A stretch of 64,000 nucleotides of DNA. Source: an uncultured Gammaproteobacteria bacterium (GTDB lineage Bacteria > Patescibacteriota > Microgenomatia > CAZETR01 > Amesbacteraceae). This document shows positions 28,171-37,105 of the stretch, one piece after another. Positions within the stretch are counted from its first letter, which is position 1. Every line of letters starts with the position of its first letter. The translations under genes were made by a program, and so were the position numbers. The notes under the pieces were generated by a model. The model saw only the letters and a program-made list of their open reading frames with translations, was not told where the DNA came from and did not search any database. The stretch lies in NCBI GenBank assembly GCA_964543035.1, contig CAZIVL010000001.1, positions 122,000-185,999 on the forward strand. The letters are read 5' to 3'.

Positions 28171-29559
28171 TTAACGGGGAAAGTTCACCATAATGGTAGT
28201 AACCTTTTTAGGAGTACTTTCAATAGTAATTGTGCCCCTATGGGCTTCAATAATAGATTTACAAATAGCCAGTCCTAATCCTGATCCAAAAGTTGTCACT
28301 TTTTTGCCACCCCGGTAGAAGCGGTCAAAGACATGGGGTAAGTCGGCTTTTGAAATACCTGGTCCAGTGTTGGTAATTTCAATTAAGTCTGACGATTTGG
28401 TTCTTGATAAGGTCACAGAGATTCTGCCCTTTTCAGGTGTATATTTGACAGCATTCTCTAAAAGATTAAAAAATGCCCGAAATAGCTTTTGGCGTTTTCC
28501 GGCAATCTCAATATGCTGTTTGATTTCCTCAATTACATAGATCTGTTTCGCCTCTGCCATTTTCTTGGTGATATCGACAAGTTCTCCTAGCATTTCCGAC
28601 AGGTCAACCCTTTCAGTGTTTAAAAGTGGCTTGTCTGATTCCGACCAGGCCAAATCCAAAACATCATTAACAGTTCCGGATAAATGATCTACATCAACCA
28701 ACGTTTCGTTTAGTGTGTGCTGGTACTCTTTGGCGGTTCTGTCTTTTGAAAGTGTTACTTCAATTGAGTTTTTTAACGTTGATAAGGGTGTGCGTAGTTC
28801 ATGAGCTACATCGCCAATAAATTGCCGTTCTCGAGTAAACGAATCTGAAAGTCTAGTGAGCAGTGAGTTAAACGACGTAGATAATTCTTCTAGTTCATCG
28901 CCTGTTTTGAATATATGAATCGGTTGAGATAAATTTGACAGCGAAATCTCTTTGAGCTTTAAAGACAGTTGGGTTACGGGTTGCAACGCTTTTTTTGAAA
29001 TAATAAGGCCTCCGATAAGAGACAGTACGCTGGCTATACCAAAGATTAAGACAAGTTCTGAGGACAGCTTATTTAGCGAGTCAGTAATGACATCTGTCGG
29101 GTGACCGACTAAAACGAGGTTGTCTGTATTTTCATTTGTTGAAACCGGAAAGATTCCCACACGCATGTGAGTAGTTCCGATCGTTAGTTCAATAAATGAA
29201 GAATTGATTAGATTAGCCGATTTTTCAAAAACGTCTTTAAGTGTTTTTGTACTCGACTCAACTATTTGAGAAGAGCTTAGAATTTCCCCGTTTCTGTTGG
29301 CAATGACAATAAGCATTCCCGGCATTTCCGAAAACTCCCTACTTAGTTGTTCTTGGGGGAAAGAAGTATGCATGCCTACACTTTGTTGTGCAATTAGATC
29401 GACTATTTGCTCACCATGTTGAGTAATTTCTTGATCGGTTTGGGCTAGTAACGTTTGCTTAGTCACGACATAAAATATGCTAAATACTACTGCCGCGCTA
29501 ACAAAGAAGGTTACAAAATACCACAGTGATAATCTGAATCGAACGCTTTTCAGGTTCAT
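28171..29559 (-). CDS. Sensor histidine kinase (CusS/CopS-like)
   Basis: Two TM helices, HAMP, HisKA (AHELRTP) and HATPase (GSGLGLAI). Confidence 0.8.
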   Translation of the reverse strand: MNLKSVRFRLSLWYFVTFFVSAAVVFSIFYVVTKQTLLAQTDQEITQHGEQIVDLIAQQSVGMHTSFPQEQLSREFSEMPGMLIVIANRNGEILSSSQIVESSTKTLKDVFEKSANLINSSFIELTIGTTHMRVGIFPVSTNENTDNLVLVGHPTDVITDSLNKLSSELVLIFGIASVLSLIGGLIISKKALQPVTQLSLKLKEISLSNLSQPIHIFKTGDELEELSTSFNSLLTRLSDSFTRERQFIGDVAHELRTPLSTLKNSIEVTLSKDRTAKEYQHTLNETLVDVDHLSGTVNDVLDLAWSESDKPLLNTERVDLSEMLGELVDITKKMAEAKQIYVIEEIKQHIEIAGKRQKLFRAFFNLLENAVKYTPEKGRISVTLSRTKSSDLIEITNTGPGISKADLPHVFDRFYRGGKKVTTFGSGLGLAICKSIIEAHRGTITIESTPKKVTTIMVNFPR

Positions 29560-30233
29560 GATTTTTGCTCCGAAACTTTAAACCCTACACCATGGACTGT
29601 TTGAATTAATTTCACTTTGTCACCTCCGTCAATTTTTTTGCGCAAAGTGGTGACAAACACATCAACGACATTGCTCATACTGTCAAAGTTATAGTCCCAA
29701 ACATGTTCGGTAATCATGGTTCGGGTCACGACTTCATTTGGGTGACTCATTAATAGTTCCAGAATGGCAAATTCTTTGGGAGTGAGAGAAAGGTCTTTTC
29801 CACTTCTGACTACGGTGTGTTTAATGGGGTCAAGTTCCAAGTCAGCAACTTTTAGTGTAGGAGATGCGCTGTTGTGCGTTCTCCTAATCAAGGCCTGCAA
29901 ACGTGACTTTAATTCGATAAAAGAAAAAGGTTTGGACAAATAATCATCTGCGCCACTATCAAGTCCTTGAGATATGTTTTCAACAGTCCCCTTTGCAGTC
30001 AGCATCAATATGGGAGATTTATTCTTTTTGTTGCGCAAAGTTTTACATACCTGAATGCCGTCGACTTTTGGCAGCATGATATCTAAAATTATGCAGTCGT
30101 AGGTTTCCGATTCGGCCAAATACAGCCCTTCTTCACCATCAAAAGCTTGATCGACAGCAAATCCAGACTCCATCAGACCTTTTTTAAGAGAATCGGAAAG
30201 GCGCTTCTCGTCCTCAATAACTAGTATTCTCAT
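29556..30233 (-). CDS. OmpR-family response regulator (CusR/CopR-like)
   Basis: Receiver domain (DCIILDIMLP, LMLTAKG) plus a winged-helix domain. Confidence 0.85.
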   Translation of the reverse strand: MRILVIEDEKRLSDSLKKGLMESGFAVDQAFDGEEGLYLAESETYDCIILDIMLPKVDGIQVCKTLRNKKNKSPILMLTAKGTVENISQGLDSGADDYLSKPFSFIELKSRLQALIRRTHNSASPTLKVADLELDPIKHTVVRSGKDLSLTPKEFAILELLMSHPNEVVTRTMITEHVWDYNFDSMSNVVDVFVTTLRKKIDGGDKVKLIQTVHGVGFKVSEQKS

Positions 30234-30284
30234 AGGTATATTGTATAACTTTTGCGGTTTTTCGGCTTAAATCAGCAAATTTTC

Positions 30285-31247
30285 TTATACTCCACATCCA
30301 CCATTTCGTTTTGGCGGCTCAGCCACTATTCCTTGGTCTATTAACCAACGCTTTGCTTGTTGAGAACCAGATGCCGATGAGAAGTCTTTAGACAACAGGG
30401 TTCTGGCATCAATCTGATCAAAGCTTTTACCTTCTTTGTTTTTGAAGTAAACGGCCAGATCATAGTAATTGCCGGGGAACCAGTAAGCATTAATATATTT
30501 GGAAGTATTGTACATATCCTCTTCTGAAGCACCATTTGCAGCCATTATCTCCAATATTCCCAACAGAGCCATTCCGTGATTACAATCAGGAAAAGCTGTC
30601 GAATTGTTACAGCAAGGCCTAAAAATGCTGGCAGCAACCTTTTCGACTAATTCTTCTTGAGCGGCAGTCAAAGGTATCAAGTTTCCTTTGGAGTAGTATT
30701 TCATAGCATCGCTTTTTCCAAGCGTCCAGCCACCGGTTGAAGCAAAGTTTTTTACTCCCTCAATGCCACCGTACTGAGTCATTTCCCCTTCAGTTAATAG
30801 CTTAGTTTTATTGGAAAGCCCCACTGCCCAAAAAAAGTTCAAAAGAAAATACGAATTTTCCTGATTGATAACAATGGTTTCATCCGAACCGTCAGTGAGG
30901 ATTCGCTCAAGATCTTCATAGAACGGCTTTCCAGACTTAAGGTACGCATCTTTAAACTTTTGTAAATCAATCACACCTTGATCAACCATTTTAGGACCCA
31001 ACTGGCCGTAAGAAACATTAAGGGAAATGCCCCTAGAAGGATTAATCTCCTCAAATATCGCTTGTGATTCTTGAGAAGAAGCTTGTGAACCTGTTACAAC
31101 TGTGGCTTGTGTCAATTTATCTTTCCTAAACACCGCCTTTATATCGGTAGCCTTTTTAGTTAGGGCCGGGAGGATCTGAAATAAATTAAGACCCACACTT
31201 ACAAACAAAAGCAACACAATTTTGTTTTTTAGAATTTTATTCTTCAT
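30285..31247 (-). CDS. Hypothetical secreted protein with Cys cluster PCCNNS-x7-DCNHG
   Basis: Signal anchor; a single conserved-looking Cys/His cluster that could bind metal. Confidence 0.4.
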   Translation of the reverse strand: MKNKILKNKIVLLLFVSVGLNLFQILPALTKKATDIKAVFRKDKLTQATVVTGSQASSQESQAIFEEINPSRGISLNVSYGQLGPKMVDQGVIDLQKFKDAYLKSGKPFYEDLERILTDGSDETIVINQENSYFLLNFFWAVGLSNKTKLLTEGEMTQYGGIEGVKNFASTGGWTLGKSDAMKYYSKGNLIPLTAAQEELVEKVAASIFRPCCNNSTAFPDCNHGMALLGILEIMAANGASEEDMYNTSKYINAYWFPGNYYDLAVYFKNKEGKSFDQIDARTLLSKDFSSASGSQQAKRWLIDQGIVAEPPKRNGGCGV

Positions 31248-32061
31248 GAGATTTTCCTTTGTATTTAAGTAACTTGTAGAAAATAAAAATAACTATGGCG
31301 AAAACTACTAAATCCACAATTGGGTTTTTAAAGTACTTGGCAATTTCAAAGACAACCAAACGAATTGTTTGACTGTATCCTTCCATCTGATCCATTTGAA
31401 TTTTTCCTTGATAGTTAAAATAGGCAATCAAAATTCCAGTCAAGAAGAAGATTCCTGCTGCCAACCACTTGAAAACGTCGTAAATCTTTTTGCGGTTTTT
31501 GCCGAACTTGTGTGATGCCTTGTCGTAAAAAAGAGACAGGACAAAGAGCGGCATCACGATACCTAAAACATAGGCGAATGAAACAATGGCTGCTTGTAAT
31601 AGTGTGGGTGATAGTGACGTTAAAGTCACAGCGGCAAACAATACAGGAGCACAACATGCTGAAGTCAGTCCGGACATTAGCCCTAACCCAAAGACACTTG
31701 CGGTATTAACCCTGGGATTTGCTTCCCCACCCACATGGAAGATTTGGGGAAGGTGAAATATAGGCTTGATGGTCGAAATACCCATGAGTACCATTACTAA
31801 GGCGCCCAGGTAATAAATCTGAGTATGGTACGCATCAAGTAAATAAATGGCTGAGCGAATGCCTAAAGAAATGGGTACTAAAATAAAAGCCAAACCTAAG
31901 GCAAAAATCAGAGTGTAGTACATAACTCGTTTATGGTTTTTAAAGATTGATCCCAGGTAAGATGGAAATAGAAACGTGATGCAACAGGGTGCAAATAGTG
32001 CCATAACCCCTGCTAAAAATGAGGCTGTGAGAGAGATGCCGAATAAAAAGCCTGTGTCCAT
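31237..32061 (-). CDS. CcdA/DsbD-like polytopic membrane protein with two intramembrane Cys-Cys pairs
   Basis: APCC in TM1 and SACCAP in a later helix (MerT/CcdA-like); six or more TM helices. Confidence 0.5.
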   Translation of the reverse strand: MDTGFLFGISLTASFLAGVMALFAPCCITFLFPSYLGSIFKNHKRVMYYTLIFALGLAFILVPISLGIRSAIYLLDAYHTQIYYLGALVMVLMGISTIKPIFHLPQIFHVGGEANPRVNTASVFGLGLMSGLTSACCAPVLFAAVTLTSLSPTLLQAAIVSFAYVLGIVMPLFVLSLFYDKASHKFGKNRKKIYDVFKWLAAGIFFLTGILIAYFNYQGKIQMDQMEGYSQTIRLVVFEIAKYFKNPIVDLVVFAIVIFIFYKLLKYKGKSHEE

Positions 32062-32558
32062 TAGTTTACCCTCGCTTGAATTGAAAACGATAATTTAGAA
32101 TTTTGCGGATCATTGGTAGTTACATAGACTTCACGGGTGACAAGTCCGTTAACTGGCATTGTGGCTGGTCGGTAAGTCAGGCGTACGGTGGCTGAATCGC
32201 CCGGGGCAATTTCGGTCACAAAACCGCTTTGCTTGTGCATGCCGAATTCTTTACTGGTTTCGCCTTTATAAATTATTTGTCCGGCGGTGCAACCACAGCT
32301 GGTATTGACGTTTAATATTTGTAGAGGCTTAGTGCCACCATTGGTGAGAGTAAAGTCTTGCACCTTAACATCTGAAAGCTTAAGGTCACCGACATCAAAA
32401 AATCGCTCAGAGACTTGGGCTATCGGACGGTCAGAGTCTGTTGCTGAGTAAGCTGCATTTGTAGGAGTGGGTTTTTGATTACCGCTAAACAGAAAAGCCG
32501 CTCCTACCACCATGATTATCAGAATAAATATATAAATAAGAACAGTTTTGGTTGACAT
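32061..32558 (-). CDS. DUF1573-like secreted protein (SCGCT motif)
   Basis: N-terminal anchor and a TSCGCTAG motif as in DUF1573. Confidence 0.5.
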   Translation of the reverse strand: MSTKTVLIYIFILIIMVVGAAFLFSGNQKPTPTNAAYSATDSDRPIAQVSERFFDVGDLKLSDVKVQDFTLTNGGTKPLQILNVNTSCGCTAGQIIYKGETSKEFGMHKQSGFVTEIAPGDSATVRLTYRPATMPVNGLVTREVYVTTNDPQNSKLSFSIQARVN

Positions 32559-32559
32559 A

Positions 32560-32826
32560 TTAATTCAAATACCTAAAGCTTTTGACTATTTCTTGAACGT
32601 AATAGGCACTATTGTCTCCTTTTAAGCCTAAGCTGCACTCAACAACATAATTGCGAATTAACAAATCGGATCCGTCTTTAATTTCTTGGCGAACTAGTCT
32701 AGTTAATCGAAGAGCCTCGTTACAGTTATTATCTTTCTCAATAAGTGACATGACTATGTTTAAGCCACTTTGTGCGTGTTCTAGTTTCTCTATAACCTTT
32801 TTGGTACTCGCATTTTTCAATCTCAT
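32560..32826 (-). CDS. CsoR/RcnR/CstR-family (DUF156) metal- or persulfide-sensing repressor
   Basis: Helical roughly 88-aa protein with Cys at the positions of the CsoR family's Cys ligands and Tyr/Asn in place of the usual His ligand (CstR-like). Confidence 0.55.
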   Translation of the reverse strand: MRLKNASTKKVIEKLEHAQSGLNIVMSLIEKDNNCNEALRLTRLVRQEIKDGSDLLIRNYVVECSLGLKGDNSAYYVQEIVKSFRYLN

Positions 32827-32849
32827 GAGCTAATGCTACAAAGGCAGGT

Positions 32850-32866
32850 ATTAAGATTTTATGAAG
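32850..32866 (-). promoter_or_regulatory. Conserved island motif, copy B (upstream of the CsoR-like gene)
   Basis: The 16-nt core ATTAAGATTTTATGAA shared with copies A and C; 23 nt upstream of the start at 32826. Confidence 0.4.
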
Positions 32867-32946
32867 GGGACCTTGCTTTAAACTAGGAGGAAGAGAACAA
32901 AAACAGCAACCTATTAAGTCGGGTGCGTGTACATATCTTTCAGAAA

Positions 32947-33213
32947 TCAAGTCTTAATTTTGCTAAAGTAGTTGTAAACTACCGCAAAAATGTATCCTAT
33001 AAGCCATGCGCTAGCAACAGATGTTACTAGACCAAGAACAAAAGAACCTGGGGAAAGGCTCCATTGTGAACTTAATTGCAACCCATGGAACCATGATTGT
33101 GCAATGGACATGGACAAATCTGGAAAAAAGGTAAGGGCAAGCCTACATACTACATAAAATATGCCAACTGTTACTGCAGCGGCATTAGCTGTAGCGTTTG
33201 GTAAATGTTTCAC
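32947..33213 (-). CDS. Small two-TM hypothetical membrane protein
   Basis: ORF with two hydrophobic helices. Confidence 0.35.
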   Translation of the reverse strand: MKHLPNATANAAAVTVGIFYVVCRLALTFFPDLSMSIAQSWFHGLQLSSQWSLSPGSFVLGLVTSVASAWLIGYIFAVVYNYFSKIKT

Positions 33214-33572
33214 TAATACTCACCTCCCTTGCTAAAATACTGATATGAGCCTTGGATCATCTGCTTCACACACCAACGAGCATACATATTTCCAAATAGT
33301 TTTCCAAGCCAAGTGTGTTTCTGAGGCATTTTGTAATCGATAAAGACCCGCAAACGGGATTCATTCCCTTGCGGTGTAATTTCAATGCCCATCTGATACC
33401 GACCAATAACTATCAGCTTTGGATTGCCAACTGTTTGCCAGGTCTTGGCAAGAGACGGTTCATAGCGAGTGACTACTTCATCAAGAGATAACCTTATCCC
33501 AAAGGCAGTTCCCGACATACGAATATGCGATCCCACCTTTTGGCCGTTATCCTGGTCTACCCAGGTCTCCAT
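33213..33572 (-). CDS. SRPBCC (Bet v1-like) fold protein, possibly N-terminally truncated
   Basis: Short for this fold; a C8 homopolymer sits immediately upstream of the start. Confidence 0.3.
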   Translation of the reverse strand: METWVDQDNGQKVGSHIRMSGTAFGIRLSLDEVVTRYEPSLAKTWQTVGNPKLIVIGRYQMGIEITPQGNESRLRVFIDYKMPQKHTWLGKLFGNMYARWCVKQMIQGSYQYFSKGGEY

Positions 33573-33701
33573 TTTTCCCCCCCCATCATCAATGAAGTCT
33601 TAGCCATATGCGAGGAAAAAAGTTTATGATTATCTACAAAAGCAAATAATTGTTGTGGAGAAGTTGGTATTAGTCGGTTGTCTTCGTAAAACATACTTAA
33701 G

Positions 33702-35957
33702 TTAAACCGTTACAAGATCCTGCTCTGCCCGGTTTAATAACACTGCATTCGTAGCTACTATGATTGATGAAATACTCATCAGAAGAGCTGCGAATTCAGG
33801 TCGAAGCTCAATTCCATATTTGGGGTATAGCACTCCAGCAGCAACTGGAATAGCTAATAAGTTATAAATTGACGCCCAAAAAAGATTTTGCTTCATTTTT
33901 ACAACTGTTGCTTTTGATAATCTGATGGCACGTAAAATGTCGGCCGGGTCTGAACGCATTAGTACGACTTTGGCCGTTTCTATAGCCACATCAGTTCCAG
34001 CTCCAATTGCTATGCCTATATCAGCTTGGGCTAACGCCGGGGCATCATTTACACCATCGCCAACCATGGCTACAAACTTGCCCTCCTGTTGAAGCTTTTT
34101 AACATATGAAGCTTTATCTTCTGGTAAAACTTCAGAAAATATTCTATCGATATCTAACTGCTTCCCGATCGCCTCAGCAGTCTTTTTGTTATCACCAGTA
34201 ATCATAGCTACTTCGAGTCCTAGTTCCTTCATACGAGAGATTGCTACCTTGGCATTTTCTTTTATTGGGTCGGTGGCCGCAGCAACTCCTGCAACTTTTT
34301 TGTCCACAGCGAGTATCATGATTGTCTTTCCCTCAGAAAGAAGTTTATCAATATCCTGTTGTAGCGGAGAAATATCAACGCCTGAATCATTCATTAGTTT
34401 TAATGTGCCAACGAGGATATGTTTACCGTCTACAAGTGCCTCCACGCCGTGGCCAGCTAAATTGTTAAATTTTTCAACTTTAGTGGAGATTGTTAACTCT
34501 CTAGTCTTTGCCTCTTCTAAAATGGCCAGGCTCAATGGGTGAGATGACTTTACTTCAGCTGCAGCATCAAGCTCAATTATTTGGTTCTCGTTAAATCCTT
34601 TAGCGGCTATAATGTCGGTTATCTTTGGTTTGCCTTCCGTAAGAGTCCCGGTTTTATCAAGGACAATAGCCTGTATTTTTGAAACCTGTTCAAGTGTCGG
34701 CGCATCCTTAATCAAAATATTATGCTTGGCCCCAAGACCAGTCCCCACGGCAACCGCAGTAGGCGTAGCCAACCCAAGAGCATCAGGACAGGCGATAACC
34801 ACGGTAGAAATGGCAAAGGTCAGTGCCACCATAAGCGGCTGACCCAATACAAAAAACCATATTACAAACGTCAATAGACCCCCACCCACCGCAACAATAA
34901 CTAAATACTTGGCAAATCTATCGGCAATCTTTTGTCCAGGAGCTTTAGAATTTTGGGCCGTTTCTACCATTTTGACAATTTGTGCGAGCGCCGTATCCTC
35001 ACCAACCTTTGTAGCCTTAAACTTTACCGATCCGGAGGTATTGATTGACCCACCAATTACCCTATCTCCAACGCTTTTAGAAACAGGCAGTGATTCTCCG
35101 GTCACCAACGATTCATCAATGGCTGTTTCACCCTCAATAATCTCTCCGTCAACAGGAACCTTGTCTCCAGGCTTTAAAATGAGAATATAGTCAAGTTTTA
35201 CGTCTGAGGTCGAAATTAAAGTCTCTTTATGATCTTTCCAAAGCCTGGCTTGAGGTGGGACAAGATCAAAAAGGGCTTGAAGTGCATCTGTCGTTCCACG
35301 TCTAGATTTCATTTCCATCCAGTGTCCAAAAAGTACAAAAGTGGTAAGCATGGCTGCTGCTTCATAAAACGACTCCTCACTCCCAAGGAGTGTTAAAACA
35401 ACACTAAATACGTAGGCTGCAGTAATGCCAACGGCGATTAACACCGCCATATTGAGCGTTTTCGCTTGCAGAGCTTTGTATGTGGAGAAGAGAAATATCC
35501 ATCCCGAGTAAAAATACACAGGGGTAGTTAAAAGAAACATGATCCAATTAGCCGGAATGGGAGTAGGGAGGCTTAGTCCTAGGATGTTAGTCCCCAGCGG
35601 GGAATAGGCAATAATTGGCAGTGTCAGTATAAGTGCCACAAAAAACTTATTACGGATGTCTTCCTCCATCAGTTTTGCCATTTCTCGCCCCGCCAAGCCT
35701 CCATGCTCCATGCCCATTGCCATGGTCATACTCATTTTGAATTTTTCCCAAAATGACATTTGAGCTACAGGCTTCATCACATGGTCTTTATGATCCATGG
35801 CAGCATGATCCGTCGGATTTCCTGTAGCACCTTTTACTGGGACTAATGTCATTCCACACTTAGGGCAGGTTCCAGGAGCGTCTTTTACCACGTCCGGATG
35901 CATTGGACAGGTGTATCTTGAAGCCAATTTCAAATGGGTGTGTTGTGCATGATTCAT
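33702..35957 (-). CDS. P1B-type heavy-metal ATPase with atypical CPD TM motif, His-rich N-terminus and a CPMHP...CPKCGM metal-binding domain
   Basis: TGES, IACPDALGLATP (the gat codon was checked in the DNA), DKTGTLT, GDGVNDAPAL, YN in TM7 and MSISS in TM8. N-terminal HTH...DHAAMDHKDH and YTCPMHPDV...GTCPKCGM. Confidence 0.85.
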   Translation of the reverse strand: MNHAQHTHLKLASRYTCPMHPDVVKDAPGTCPKCGMTLVPVKGATGNPTDHAAMDHKDHVMKPVAQMSFWEKFKMSMTMAMGMEHGGLAGREMAKLMEEDIRNKFFVALILTLPIIAYSPLGTNILGLSLPTPIPANWIMFLLTTPVYFYSGWIFLFSTYKALQAKTLNMAVLIAVGITAAYVFSVVLTLLGSEESFYEAAAMLTTFVLFGHWMEMKSRRGTTDALQALFDLVPPQARLWKDHKETLISTSDVKLDYILILKPGDKVPVDGEIIEGETAIDESLVTGESLPVSKSVGDRVIGGSINTSGSVKFKATKVGEDTALAQIVKMVETAQNSKAPGQKIADRFAKYLVIVAVGGGLLTFVIWFFVLGQPLMVALTFAISTVVIACPDALGLATPTAVAVGTGLGAKHNILIKDAPTLEQVSKIQAIVLDKTGTLTEGKPKITDIIAAKGFNENQIIELDAAAEVKSSHPLSLAILEEAKTRELTISTKVEKFNNLAGHGVEALVDGKHILVGTLKLMNDSGVDISPLQQDIDKLLSEGKTIMILAVDKKVAGVAAATDPIKENAKVAISRMKELGLEVAMITGDNKKTAEAIGKQLDIDRIFSEVLPEDKASYVKKLQQEGKFVAMVGDGVNDAPALAQADIGIAIGAGTDVAIETAKVVLMRSDPADILRAIRLSKATVVKMKQNLFWASIYNLLAIPVAAGVLYPKYGIELRPEFAALLMSISSIIVATNAVLLNRAEQDLVTV

Positions 35958-35969
35958 ATAAATTTAGTT

Positions 35970-36145
35970 TACTCCTCTTTTCTTTCATCTCTGGGAATCC
36001 AGTGTTCAGGATGAGCGTCAAATATTTCTTTGTCTTGGGTAGTGCAAAAATAATAATTTTTCCCCAAATAGGTTGAAACCGCTTTCATTTCATTCTTGGG
36101 TTTTTTCATCCCACAGACGATATCTTGGACAATTTCATCTTGCAT
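35970..36145 (-). CDS. YHS-domain small metal-binding protein (58 aa; below the ORF-track cutoff)
   Basis: Translated by hand: MQDEIVQDIVCGMKKPKNEMKAVSTYLGKNYYFCTTQDKEIFDAHPEHWIPRDERKEE. The CGM...YYFC YHS signature is present; a GGAGGG RBS precedes it; it lies 12 nt upstream of the ATPase start. Confidence 0.6.
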
Positions 36146-36178
36146 ATTAATCCCTCCGCTTAATGATACTAATTCTTC

Positions 36179-36194
36179 ATTAAGATTTTATGAA
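36179..36194 (-). promoter_or_regulatory. Conserved island motif, copy C (upstream of the YHS-ATPase operon)
   Basis: The same 16-nt core, 33 nt upstream of the YHS start codon. Confidence 0.4.
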
Positions 36195-36260
36195 AAACGT
36201 AACCAATGCTGAACCTACTACAATCAATAGTAGCAATATCATGTTGGAAAGGAAAGATTG

Positions 36261-36929
36261 TCACTGACTTCGAAGAGCTTTTCCGTGTTTTAGCGGCTCT
36301 GGAGTACTCACTAAGCGACTTAACGAAGGAACAAATCCAGGGACTACTTTCTTATACATACCGTATTCGTTTCCGAATCTCTCTTGTAACTCTTTCTCTT
36401 CAGCTCTGGCGAGTCCTACATATCGAAAAACGAGGATTGGAGCCATGGCTAAAGTAATCAAAGTTGGCCACTGAAGGAGAAAACCAAAAATAATCAGCAC
36501 AAAGGCTAGGTACTGAGGGTGTCTTATATATCTGTAGACACCTTTAACCGCGAGTTTCTGTTTCTTTTGCGACTCGTAGAGGACTTCCCATGCCTTACCT
36601 AGAAGCATAAGCCCGCCGATAATTAAAGTATAGCTTATAATATGAAGGAGGCTGAAATGTGGGTCACTTTTTATACCTAAAAGCGTATTGAGCAAGTGAC
36701 CATTGTTATGAGTAAAATCTAGCCCTAAACGATTACCAAAGAAAGAAGTCAGCAGGTAAATAGTTAACGGAAATCCATACATCTCTGCAAAGAGTGCGAC
36801 AATAAACGCTCCAAAGATTTTATAAGTTTTCCAATCAGTTTTCGTTCTTGGTTTAAATGCGCTTTTTATGAAATAGAGGAAAAGCACAATATTAAACAGT
36901 ACTAGAAACCAGTTACCGTAATCATTCAT
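36261..36929 (-). CDS. Isoprenylcysteine carboxyl methyltransferase / phospholipid methyltransferase family membrane protein
   Basis: GVYRYIRHPQY...EE..L...FG.EY motif pattern. Confidence 0.65.
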   Translation of the reverse strand: MNDYGNWFLVLFNIVLFLYFIKSAFKPRTKTDWKTYKIFGAFIVALFAEMYGFPLTIYLLTSFFGNRLGLDFTHNNGHLLNTLLGIKSDPHFSLLHIISYTLIIGGLMLLGKAWEVLYESQKKQKLAVKGVYRYIRHPQYLAFVLIIFGFLLQWPTLITLAMAPILVFRYVGLARAEEKELQERFGNEYGMYKKVVPGFVPSLSRLVSTPEPLKHGKALRSQ

Positions 36930-36994
36930 ATACGTGTAGTGTAACAGGGGATAGGTTAAGAAATTATGAGTTTCATCCTAGGTAAATATTAAAA

Positions 36995-37020
36995 ATCACC
37001 CTCGTGGTTTTGAGGGTGAT
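36995..37020 (-). terminator. Rho-independent terminator hairpin (9-bp stem ATCACCCTC/GAGGGTGAT, 8-nt loop) with flanking T-runs
   Basis: Read directly; lies downstream of the minus-strand gene 37106-37381 and is followed on the minus strand by TTTTTAATA. Confidence 0.45.
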
Positions 37021-37105
37021 TTTCATTGAAGTGCTACTCGTGAGTATTATGTTGTAGGACTTCTGCAGCGACTTTGACAGCAGGTCATATGGTTTCCTCC
37101 TTTCA

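Noticed and set aside
34186-35190. Plus-strand ORFs inside the CPD ATPase (34186-34542, 34612-34842, 34909-35190)
   Set aside because: Antisense shadow ORFs of a strongly supported gene.
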